In this document: piece after piece, positions 16,896 through 26,014 of the stretch
Position numbering within the stretch: position 1 is the stretch's first letter
Layout: each line of letters opens with the position of its first letter
Notes under the pieces: generated by a model
What the model was told of the DNA's origin: nothing
What the model saw: the letters and a program-made list of their open reading frames with translations, nothing else
Database searches by the model: none
NCBI GenBank assembly: GCA_000147015.1
Contig: CP002161.1
Span: forward strand, 60,001-92,000
Direction of reading: 5' to 3'
Source: Candidatus Saccharimonadota bacterium
Lineage (GTDB): Bacteria > Pseudomonadota > Gammaproteobacteria > Burkholderiales > Burkholderiaceae
Length of the DNA stretch: 32,000 bases
Made by a program: the position numbers and the translations under genes

Positions 16896-18176
16896 TTAAT
16901 TTCTATTTAAAAAATTATTTTTTTGTTTATTCATTTCATAAAAAAATTCTTTTTTTTTAATTAAAATTTTATTTTTTAAACATATATCTTCTAATAATTC
17001 TATTGGAAAACCATATGTATCATATAATTTAAAAGCAAATTTTCCATCTAATTTTTTAGAACATTTTTTTAATTCATTATTTAATATTCTAATTCCTATT
17101 TTATATATATTAAAAAATTTTTCTTCTTCTTTTTTAATAACATTTTTTATATTATTTTTATTTTTTTTTAAAAAAGGATAAAAATCTTCCATTTCTTTTA
17201 TTAAAATTGAAGATATTTTATAAAAAAAAGGATTTTTTATATTCGATTTATATCCTTCCCTTATTGCTCTTCTAATTATTTTTCTTAAAATATAACCATG
17301 TTTATTATTACTAGGATAAATTTTTTCTGAAATTAAAAAACAAGCAGATCTTATATGATCTGAAATTATTTTTAGCGAATTTATATTTTTAATTTTTATT
17401 TTATCAGAAATTTTATTTATTATTTTTTTAAATAAATCTATTTTATAATTACTATTTACATTTTGTAAAATAGAAGTTAATCTTTCTAAACCTATACCTA
17501 CATCGATATAATTATATTTTAATTTATTTAAAATGTATTTATTATTATATAATTTTTTTTTATATTGCAAAAATACATTATTACATATTTCAACATATCT
17601 TTGATTTTTTAATTTATATTTTTTTCCCATATCATAAAATATTTCACTACAAGTTCCACAAGGGCCATTATTATTAGATATTTCTCAAAAATTTTCATTT
17701 AAAAAAAATTTTTTTTTAATATTTTTTTTTTTTATTATTCTTTTATTAGAAATTCCTATTTTTCTTCATATATTATAAGTTTCAAAATCATTTTCATGAA
17801 TAGTTATTCAAATTTTTTTTTCATTAATTTTAAATTTATTTATTAATAATTCTCATGTTCAAAATAATGCATCATATTTAAAATAATTTCTAAATGATCA
17901 ATTACCTAACATTTCAAATAAAGTATGATGTATATTAGTATAACCTATTTTTTCAAAATCATTGTGTTTTCCACTAACTCTAAAACAAGGTTGAACATTA
18001 CATATTCTTTTATATTTACTTTTTCTTCCTAAAAAAAATTTTTTAAATTGAATCATACCAGAATTAACAAACATTAATTTATTTTCATTTAGTTTTAAAT
18101 TAATATGTGGCATTATAATATGTTTTTTTTTTTTATAAAAATTTAAAAATTTATTTCTTACAACTTTTAATTTCAT
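16896..18176 (-). CDS. alaS: Alanyl-tRNA synthetase, catalytic core only (no editing or C-Ala domains)
   Basis: Fragments 17898..18176 and 16896..17630 plus the gap form one frame of 1281 nt. I checked the gap codon by codon and found 7 TGA, no TAA/TAG. Supporting motifs: FVNSGMIQFKKFFLG, CFRVSGKHNDFEKIGYTNIHHTLFEMLGN, FWTWELL, NGPCGTCSEIFYD, VGIGLERLTSILQNVNSNY, ISDHIRSACFLISE, GYILRKIIRRAIR, AFKLYDTYGFPIEL. It ends at TAA roughly where residue 440-455 of the 876-aa E. coli enzyme would align. Confidence 0.92.
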
Positions 18177-18177
18177 A

Positions 18178-18570
18178 TTAATTTATAAATAATAAACTAT
18201 ATTTTTTATTTTTAATATATTTTTTTTTTTCTTTATATAAAATATTTTTATTTTTATTTTCAATATTTTTTAAATAAATTAATAATATATCTTTAATAGG
18301 AATTAATTGACCAAAAAAAAATACTATATTATTATATTGAAATAATAATGTAGGAAATTTTTTAATATTTATTTTTTTAAAATAAATAAATTTATTTTCA
18401 ATACTTATTCAAATAAAAAAATTTTTATTTTTTTTTGATATTTTTTTAAATATTTTTTTATATTTTTTACATATAAAACAATTTTTATAACAAAAACAAG
18501 CAATTATTCATTTATTGCTATATATTTTTTTATAAATATTATAAAAATTATAATTATTTAATATTATCAT
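18178..18570 (-). CDS. Thioredoxin-like protein with atypical C-F-I-C active site
   Basis: Not in the track (two internal TGA). ATG 18570..18568; I walked it codon by codon to TAA 18178..18180 (393 nt, 130 aa). KWIIACFCYKNCFICKKYKKIFKKISKK aligns with vlVDFWAeWCGPCKmiaPileeia. KKFPTLLFQYNNIVFFFGQL aligns with rgiPTlllFknGe....vGa. Confidence 0.62.
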
Positions 18571-18578
18571 ATTTAAAT

Positions 18579-19223
18579 ATGCAAAATAAATTATTTAAAA
18601 TATTTAATAAATTTAATATCAATTTATTAAAAAATAAAAAAAATAATAAATTTAATAAAATATATAAATTATATAATAAAATTAATAATTGTAAAAAATG
18701 TATATTACATAAAAATAAAATAAGAAATGTATTAGGTAATAAAAATATTAAAAAAATAAAATATTTTTTTATAGGAGAAGGTCCTGGGAAAATGGAAGAT
18801 TTAAAAGGTTATCCTTTTATTGGTAAATCTGGTAAATTATTAAATTATTTAATTAATAAATTAAAATATAAAAAAAAAGAAATATATATAACTAATGTAA
18901 TAAAATGTATATCTAAAAATATAAAAAATAAAAATATATTTCCTAATAAAAAAGAAATATTAAAATGTTTATTTTATTTAAAAAAAGAAATAAAAATAAT
19001 TAAACCAAAAATAATAATAACATTAGGTAAAATAGCTTTTTCTTCTATTTTTAATATAAATAAAAATAAATTTACAATAAAAAAAAATAAAAATAAAATA
19101 TATTATTATTATAATATACCATTAATTTCTATATATCATCCATCTTATTTATTAAGAAATAATTTTATTATAAATAAATATATAAAAAGTTTATTATTTA
19201 TAAAAAATATAAAAATAAAATAA
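18579..19223 (+). CDS. Uracil-DNA glycosylase, family 4
   Basis: 214 aa. CKKCILHKN (N-terminal C-x2-C), FIGEGPGKMEDLKGYPFIGKSGKLL (GEaPG..Ed..G.PFvG.aG.lL), ITNVIKCISK, EILKCLFYL and YHPSYLLRN match family-4 UDG including the four Fe-S cysteines. Confidence 0.85.
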   Translation: MQNKLFKIFNKFNINLLKNKKNNKFNKIYKLYNKINNCKKCILHKNKIRNVLGNKNIKKIKYFFIGEGPGKMEDLKGYPFIGKSGKLLNYLINKLKYKKKEIYITNVIKCISKNIKNKNIFPNKKEILKCLFYLKKEIKIIKPKIIITLGKIAFSSIFNINKNKFTIKKNKNKIYYYYNIPLISIYHPSYLLRNNFIINKYIKSLLFIKNIKIK

Positions 19224-19224
19224 A

Positions 19225-19296
19225 AAGTGGAAATCGGAATTGAACCGATATAAAACAGCTTTGCAGACTGTTGCATAACCATTTTGCTATTCCACT
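19225..19296 (-). tRNA. tRNA-Cys (anticodon GCA)
   Basis: Reverse complement AGTGGAATAGCAAAATGGTTATGCAACAGTCTGCAAAGCTGTTTTATATCGGTTCAATTCCGATTTCCACTT folds as a cloverleaf. Anticodon loop CTGCAAA. No encoded CCA. Confidence 0.9.
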
Positions 19297-19303
19297 AATT
19301 TAA

Positions 19304-19376
19304 AGCGAAAGAAGAGTTTTGAACTCTCAACCTATACCTTGGCAAGGTATTGCTCTACCAATTGAGCTACTTTCGC
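19304..19376 (-). tRNA. tRNA-Gly (anticodon GCC)
   Basis: Reverse complement GCGAAAGTAGCTCAATTGGTAGAGCAATACCTTGCCAAGGTATAGGTTGAGAGTTCAAAACTCTTCTTTCGCT. Anticodon loop TTGCCAA. Close to E. coli glyV. No encoded CCA. Confidence 0.92.
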
Positions 19377-19393
19377 ATAAAATTTTAAATTTA

Positions 19394-20551
19394 ATGAAAA
19401 AAATAATAAAAAATTTAAAAAATAAATCTTTATTATATCATGAATTACCAAAAGCGGGAAAAATATCTATAAAAGTAACTAAAAAATTAAAAAATAAAAA
19501 GCATTTATCTTTAGCTTATTCTCCTGGAGTTGCAGAAGCTTGTTTAAAAATAAAAGAAAAATATAAAAATATTTATAAATATACAATAAAAGGAAATTTA
19601 GTAGGAATAATAACAAATGGAACAGCAGTATTAGGATTAGGAAATATAGGTCCAGCTGCTTCTAAACCCGTAATGGAAGGAAAAAGTGCATTATTTAAAA
19701 AATTTTCTAATATTGATGCCTTTGACATAGAAATAAATGAAAAAGATCCAGATAAATTATGTAATATTATAAAATCATTAGAATATACATTTGGAGGTAT
19801 AAATTTAGAAGATATAAAATCACCAGAATGTTTTTTTATAGAAAAAAAATTAAAAAATATTATGAATATTCCTATTTTTCATGATGATCAACATGGAACA
19901 GCAATAGTTGTTTGTGCTGCTTTTTTAAATTGATTAAAAATAAGAAAAAAAAATATTAAAAATATAAAAATAATAACTTCTGGTGCTGGTGCAGCTGCTT
20001 TAGCTTGTTTGAAATTATTAATGAAATTAGGTTTACCAAAAAAAAATATTTATGTTAGTGATACTTTAGGTATTATAAATATTGAAAGAAAAAAAAAATT
20101 AAATTACGAAAAAAAAAAATTTATTAAAAATACAAAAAAAAAAGAAATTAAAGATGTAATATATAAAACGGAAATATTTTTAGGTTTATCTGTAGGTAAA
20201 ATTTTAAATTCAGAAATAATAAAAAAAATGCCATTAAAATCTTTAATATTTGCTTTAGCAAATCCTATACCAGAAATTTTTCCTGAAGAAGTAAAAAAAA
20301 CAAGAAAAGATATTTTTATATGCACAGGAAGATCAGATTATAAAAATCAAGTTAATAATTTATTATGCTTTCCTTATATTTTTAAAGGCATTTTAAATAA
20401 AAAAAAAAAAAATATAAATAATAAAATAAAAATAAATATTTCTTTTGCTATTTCAAATATAATAAAAATAAAAAAAAAATCAAAAAAATTAGTTCCTAGT
20501 CCTTTTAATAAAAAATTAATAAGTGTAATACCTAATTCGATTTATAAATAA
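19394..20551 (+). CDS. NAD(P)-dependent malic enzyme (short MaeB-type, no phosphotransacetylase-like domain)
   Basis: The real start is ATG 19394; the track start at 19319 lies inside tRNA-Gly. Fragments 19319..19933 and 20009..20551 share a frame and are joined by TGA at 19931. [115 protein letters not shown] and [21 protein letters not shown] align almost residue for residue with the E. coli MaeB N-terminal half. Confidence 0.9.
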
Positions 20552-20557
20552 TTATAT

Positions 20558-21772
20558 ATGAAAAATAATAAATTTCCTATATATTTAGATTATTCTGCTA
20601 CAACTCCAATAGATCCTAGGGTGGTAAATAAAATAATACCTATTTTAAAATATCATTTTGGTAATTATTCTTCAAATACTCATTTTTATGGAAAATATAT
20701 AAAAATTTTAATAGAAAAATCAAGAAAAAAAATTTCAAAAATAATAAATTGTAAATATAAAGAAATCATATTCACTTCTGGAGCTACAGAAAGTATAAAT
20801 TTAGCATTAAAAGGAATTTTAAATTTTAATAATAAAAAAAAAAATCATATTATAACTTTAAAAACTGAACATAAAGCAACTTTAAATACTTTAAAAGAAT
20901 TAGAAAATTTGGGTTATAAAATAACTTATCTAAAACCAAATAAAGAAGGTATAATAAATATTAAAAAATTAAAAAAAAAAATAAATAAAAAAACTATATT
21001 AATAACAATTATGTATGTTAATAATGAAATAGGAGTTATACAAAAAATAAAAAAAATTTCAAATTTATGTAATAAAAAAAATATTTTTTTACATTGTGAT
21101 GCTACTCAAGCAATAGGAAAAATAAATATAAATTTAAAAAAAACAAAAATAGATTTAATGAGTTTTTCTGGACATAAAATTTATGCACCTAAAGGAATAG
21201 GGGTATTATATATATCAAAAAAATCAAAAATTATAATAAAACCTCAAATACATGGTGGGGGTCAAGAAAGAGGAATAAGATCAGGGACTTTAGCAACTCA
21301 TCAGATAATAGGTTTATCTAAATCAATAAAAATTTTAAGAGAAGAAATGAAATATGAAATTATAAAAATAAAAATATTACATAATAAATTAATAAAAAGT
21401 TTACAATCAATAGAAGAAATATATATAAATGGAAATATAAAAAAAAAAGTTCCTCATATTTTAAATATTAATTTTAATTTTATAGAAGGAGAATCTTTAA
21501 TAATGTCTTTAAAAAATATAGCTATTTCTTCAGGTTCAGCTTGTACTTCTTCAAATTTAGAACCTTCTTATGTTATTAAGTCTTTAAATAATAAAAAAAA
21601 ATTACCACATAGTTCTATAAGATTTTCTATAGGTAGATATACTACTTTAAAAGAAATAAAATTATTAAAAATAATATTAAAAAATAAAATAATTAAATTA
21701 AGAAATATATCACCTTTATGAGAAATGTTTAAAGAAGGAACTAATATTTTAAAATATAAATGAAAAAATTAA
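20558..21772 (+). CDS. iscS: Cysteine desulfurase IscS
   Basis: ORF 20558..21721 continues through two TGA to TAA 21770..21772 (404 aa, same length as E. coli IscS). Supporting motifs: IYLDYSATTPIDPRV, FTSGATESINLA, SFSGHKIYAPKGIGVLY (PLP Lys), SSGSACTS (active-site Cys), SIRFSIGRYTT. The tail SPL-W-EMFKEG...YK-W-KN matches SPLWEMyKqG...ieWahh. Confidence 0.95.
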
Positions 21773-21778
21773 TATATA

Positions 21779-22174
21779 ATGACTTTTTATTCTAAAAAAT
21801 TAATAAAATATTGTGAAAAACCTAAAAATATTGGTTCTTTTTTAAAAAATAATAGAAAAATAGGAACTGGTATAACAGGTTCTCCTTCATGCGGAGATGT
21901 AATGAAATTACAAATAAAAATATATAAAGGAATTATAAAAAATATAAGATTTAAAACTTATGGTTGTGGTTCTGCTATAGCTTCTTCATATTTAACTACA
22001 AAAATTATAAAAAATAGAACTATTGAAGAAACATTATTAATAAAAAATTTAGATATAGCTAATTTTTTATTATTATCACCAATAAAAATTCATTGTTCTA
22101 TTTTAGCAGAAGAAGTAATAAAATTTTCAATTAAAAATTATTATTATAAAAATAATTATAAATATGATTATTAA
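21779..22174 (+). CDS. iscU: Fe-S cluster assembly scaffold IscU
   Basis: 131 aa. GSPSCGDVMKLQIKI, FKTYGCGSAIASS and IKIHCSILAEE carry the three IscU cysteines in their conserved contexts. Confidence 0.93.
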   Translation: MTFYSKKLIKYCEKPKNIGSFLKNNRKIGTGITGSPSCGDVMKLQIKIYKGIIKNIRFKTYGCGSAIASSYLTTKIIKNRTIEETLLIKNLDIANFLLLSPIKIHCSILAEEVIKFSIKNYYYKNNYKYDY

Positions 22175-22487
22175 TATAAATAAAAAAACTATTAAATATA
22201 TTTTAAAAAATATAAATTTTAATAATTCAATAGGAATAAAAATATTTATAAAAAATTATGGTTGTATGGGTAAAATTTTAAAAATTAAAATATTAAAAAA
22301 TATAATTAAAAATAAGATAATTTTAAAATATTATAAAATATTATTTTTTTTAAATCCTAAATATTGTATTTATATAAATGGAATAAATATATTATATTAT
22401 AAAAAAAAAATTTCAAAAGAAATAATAATAAAAAATAATAAAATAAAAGAAATATGTAAATGTGGAAAAAGTTTTAAAATATTATAA
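22164..22487 (+). CDS. iscA: Fe-S cluster assembly protein IscA
   Basis: 107 aa. NYGCMGKILK and the C-terminal EICKCGKSF are the A-type carrier Cys motifs. Position after iscU. Overlaps iscU by 11 nt. Confidence 0.85.
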   Translation: MIININKKTIKYILKNINFNNSIGIKIFIKNYGCMGKILKIKILKNIIKNKIILKYYKILFFLNPKYCIYINGINILYYKKKISKEIIIKNNKIKEICKCGKSFKIL

Positions 22488-22489
22488 AA

Positions 22490-22813
22490 ATGAAAAAAAA
22501 AGTAAAAATTACAATTTTGCCTAATAAAAAATTATGTCCTAAAGGTATTAAAATTTATGGAAATAAAGGAGAAAATCTTTGTGATGTTTTGATAAAAAAT
22601 AATATTAAAATAAAACATGCTTGCGAAAAATCGTGTGCTTGTGCTACTTGTCATGTTATAATTATAAAAGGTTATAAAAATTTAAATAAAATAAAACAAA
22701 AAGAAATAGAGATTTTAGAAAATGCTTGGGGATATGAAAAAAAATCGAGATTATCATGTCAGGTTTTTTTAAATAAAAAAAATATAAAAATAAAAATACC
22801 TAAATATAATTAA
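22490..22813 (+). CDS. fdx: [2Fe-2S] ferredoxin, ISC-type (Fdx)
   Basis: 107 aa. HACEKSCACATCHVII and SRLSCQV give the C-x5-C-x2-C...C adrenodoxin-type pattern of Fdx. Confidence 0.88.
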   Translation: MKKKVKITILPNKKLCPKGIKIYGNKGENLCDVLIKNNIKIKHACEKSCACATCHVIIIKGYKNLNKIKQKEIEILENAWGYEKKSRLSCQVFLNKKNIKIKIPKYN

Positions 22814-22814
22814 G

Positions 22815-24047
22815 TTATAATTTATTAAAGGCATTATAAAAATCATTTAAAATATCATGAGTATCTTCAATTCCTAATGAAACTCTTATTAATGATTCTG
22901 ATATTCCCATATTTTTTTTTTTTTTTTTACTAATTTCATTATATATTGTTTTAGCTATTGGTAATATTAATGTTCTATTATCTCCCAAATTTGTAGCTAA
23001 ATTAGGTATTTTTAAATTATCTAAATATTTATAATAATTTATATTTTTTTTAAATTCAAAACTTAATAAATTACCATAATTTTTAAATAATTTTTTTGCA
23101 ATTTTATTTTGAGGATGATTTTTTAAACCAGGATAATAAACTTTTTTAATATTTTTATTGTTTTTTAACATATTTGCTAAAGAGAATGCATTAAAACATG
23201 CTTTATTTTGTCTAAAAGTTATTGTTTCTAATCCTATTAAAATATTATGAGCTGATTCAGCACTTAAAGAAGCTCCAAAATCTCTTAGAGATTTTGCTCT
23301 TATTTGTTTTATTCCTCATAAATTTTCATTATATTTTTTAAATTTTTTATCTATATTGGAAAAATTTTTTCAATTATATAAACCTGTATCAGTTAATGAA
23401 CCACCTAATGAATCTCCATGACCTCCTATTGATTTAGTTAAAGAATTTATTATTAAATTAGCATTTACTTTTTTAGGATTGAATAAATATGGAGAAGTTA
23501 TAGTATTATCTATTATATATAAAATATTATATTTTTTACAAATTTTTCCTATTTTTTTTAAATCTGAAATTTGAGTAATAGGATTAGATATAGTTTCTAC
23601 AAAAACTATTTTTGTTTTATTATTTATATTTTTTAATATATTTTTATAATTAGTAGAATCTACCATACTTATTTTACAACCTTTTGATTTAATATTATTT
23701 CATAAATTTGTTGTATTTCCAAATAAAAATTTTGAAGAAATTATATGATCATTAATATTTAATAAACCTTGATATATAGCAGCTATTGCTGCCATACCTG
23801 TTGAAAAACATATAGTTTCAATTCCATTTTCCATAATTGAAATTTTATCTTCTAAAAATGAAACAGTTGGATTTTTTTGTCTACTATATCTAAAACCTTC
23901 TTTTTTATTTTTAAATACATTTATTAATTCTTTAGTTTTTTTATATCTAAAAGTTACTGAAGTATATATAGGTTTATGTAAAGAACCATATTCTATTTTA
24001 TTATTTTTTTTATATAATATTTTAGTAGTATATCCAAAATTTTTCAT
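22815..24047 (-). CDS. Cys/Met-metabolism PLP-dependent enzyme, O-acetyl/O-succinyl-homoserine sulfhydrylase-like (MetY/MetZ type)
   Basis: Fragments 23700..24047, 23370..23666 and 22815..23171 share one frame (1233 nt) joined by TGA. Supporting motifs: YSRQKNPTVSFLEDKI, STGMAAIAAI, NSLTKSIGGHGDSLGGSLTDTGLYN-W (PLP-Lys region; the G.vvDsG.f.W pattern favours MetY-like), VYYPGLKNHPQ, LGDNRTLILPIA, LIRVSLGIED. Confidence 0.85.
22912..22928. repeat. T17 homopolymer inside the sulfhydrylase-like gene
   Basis: Counted directly: 17 consecutive T, encoding a Lys run (SKKKKKN) on the minus strand. The frame is preserved. Confidence 0.95.
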
Positions 24048-24836
24048 TTAAAGTAAATTTAATTTTATATTTTTAATATAATTTATAATGTTTATAAATA
24101 TATTTTTTTTTTTTAAATTTTGAATAAATTTTAAAAAATTACTTCCTATAATTATACCATCAGAAAAATTTATAATATTTTTAATATTTTTTTTATTTAT
24201 ACCAAAACCAATCATTAAAGGTAAATTAGTATTATTTTTTACTATTTTAATTTTTTTTTTTATTTTATTAAAAAAAATATTTTTAGAACCTGTAGTTCCT
24301 TTTAAAGAAACATAATATATAAAACATTTACTTAAATTTAAAATTCTTTTTATTCTTTTTAAAAAAGTATTTGAAGAAATTAAAAATATTTGATTTATAT
24401 TTTTTTTCTTAATTATATTTTTTAATATTAAATATTCTTCTATAGGAAAATCTACAATTATAAAATTATTAATTAATAAATTATTAATTTTTTTAATATA
24501 TATTTTTTTATTTAATAAATTATAAGTATTCATATATCCCATAAATATTAATGGAGTAAATTTATTTATTTTTCTAAATTTTTTTATAAAATTTAAAATA
24601 TTTTTAATAGAAATACCAAATTTTAATATTCTTTCAGAAGATTTTTGTATAAATATTCCTTCTGCTACTGGATCTGAAAAAGGTATTCCTATTTCTATTA
24701 CATGTATTCCTGTTTTTATTAAAATATGCATAAATTTAATTGTTAGATTAATATTTAAATCTCCTGGAATAATAAATATTATAAATATTTTTTTTTTTCT
24801 TTTTATATTTAAAAAAAAATTTTTTATTTTTAACAT
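24048..24836 (-). CDS. trpA: Tryptophan synthase alpha chain
   Basis: 262 aa. VIEIGIPFSDPVAEGIFIQKSSERIL (lElGvPFSDPlADGp.IQ.a..RAl), YYVSLKGTTG and GFGINKKNI match TrpA. Confidence 0.9.
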   Translation of the reverse strand: MLKIKNFFLNIKRKKKIFIIFIIPGDLNINLTIKFMHILIKTGIHVIEIGIPFSDPVAEGIFIQKSSERILKFGISIKNILNFIKKFRKINKFTPLIFMGYMNTYNLLNKKIYIKKINNLLINNFIIVDFPIEEYLILKNIIKKKNINQIFLISSNTFLKRIKRILNLSKCFIYYVSLKGTTGSKNIFFNKIKKKIKIVKNNTNLPLMIGFGINKKNIKNIINFSDGIIIGSNFLKFIQNLKKKNIFINIINYIKNIKLNLL

Positions 24837-26014
24837 TATAAATTTATATTATTTATATCTTTTTCTCCTCTACCTGAAAGGTTTACTAAAATAATTTTGT
24901 TTTTAGATAAATTTTTTGCTAATTTCATAGCATAAGCAATAGCATGACATGATTCAAGAGCTGGAATAATTCCTTCTATTTTACAAAAAATAATAAATGA
25001 TTTTAAAGCTTCTTTATTAATTATAAATTCATAATCAATTCTATTTAAATCTTTTAATAAAGAATGTTCTGGGCCTATTCCTGGATAATCTAATCCTGCA
25101 GATATTGAATGTGTAGATAAAATTTGATAATTTTTATTTTGTAATAAATATGTTTTATTACCATGTAATACACCTAATTTTCCTAAATTTAATGAAGAAG
25201 AATTTAATAATGTATGTAAACCTTTACCTGCAGCTTCTACACCTATTAGTTTAATATTATTTTTTTTTATATAAGAATAAAATATTCCAATAGAATTTGA
25301 GCCACCTCCTATAGATGCTATTATATATTTAGGAATATTAATTTTGTTTTCAAAAATTTGTAGAATACTTTCATAACCAATAATTGATTGAAAATCTCTT
25401 ACTATCATTGGATAAGGATGAGGTCCTGCAATTGTTCCTATTATATAAAAAGTGTTTTTTACATTTTTTATTCAATCTTTCATTGCTTCATTTAAAGCAT
25501 CTTTTAAAGTTTTTGTTCCTGTTTTTACAGATATAATTTTAGAACCCAATAATTTCATTTTTTTAACATTTTCAGATTGTCTTTTAATATCATTTTCTCC
25601 CATATATATAGTACATTTAATACCAAATTTAGCACATATTGTTGAAGTAGCTAATCCATGTTGTCCTGCTCCTGTTTCTGCTATTATTCTTTTTTTATTC
25701 ATAATTTTTGCTAAAATAGCTTGTCCTATAACATTATTAATTTTATGAGCACCAGTATGATTTAAATCTTCTCTTTTAAAAAATATTTTTGCACCTTTTA
25801 AAAATTTTGTCAATCTTTTTGCAAAATAAATTGAAGTAGGTCTACCTATAAAATTTTTTAATTCTTTATAATATTTATTTATAAAATTAAATTTATATCT
25901 ATAAAAAAAATATTTTTTTTCTAATTTATTTAATATGTTAATTAAAATTTCAGAAACATATTTTCCTCCATGTTTACCGAAATAACCATTTTTATTAGGA
26001 AAATTATATTTCAT
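24836..26014 (-). CDS. trpB: Tryptophan synthase beta chain
   Basis: Fragments 25472..26014 and 24836..25408 share one frame (1179 nt) joined by TGA. Supporting motifs: [40 protein letters not shown] (PLP Lys), [39 protein letters not shown]. The 1-nt TAATG overlaps link it to trpF upstream and trpA downstream. Confidence 0.95.

Noticed and set aside
19319-19393. N-terminal extension [25 protein letters not shown] of the malic enzyme ORF
   Set aside because: The extension is the antisense of the tRNA-Gly(GCC) gene (19304..19376), which explains its unusual G/C-rich codons. The conserved protein begins at ATG 19394.
20104-20325. 73-aa minus-strand ORF inside the malic enzyme gene
   Set aside because: It is antisense to a strongly conserved coding region. 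The low-complexity F/I/S product has no support.
25452-25748. 98-aa plus-strand ORF inside trpB
   Set aside because: It is antisense to the PLP-binding core of trpB. It stays open only because the conserved sense strand is relatively G/C-rich there. I treat it as a shadow ORF.
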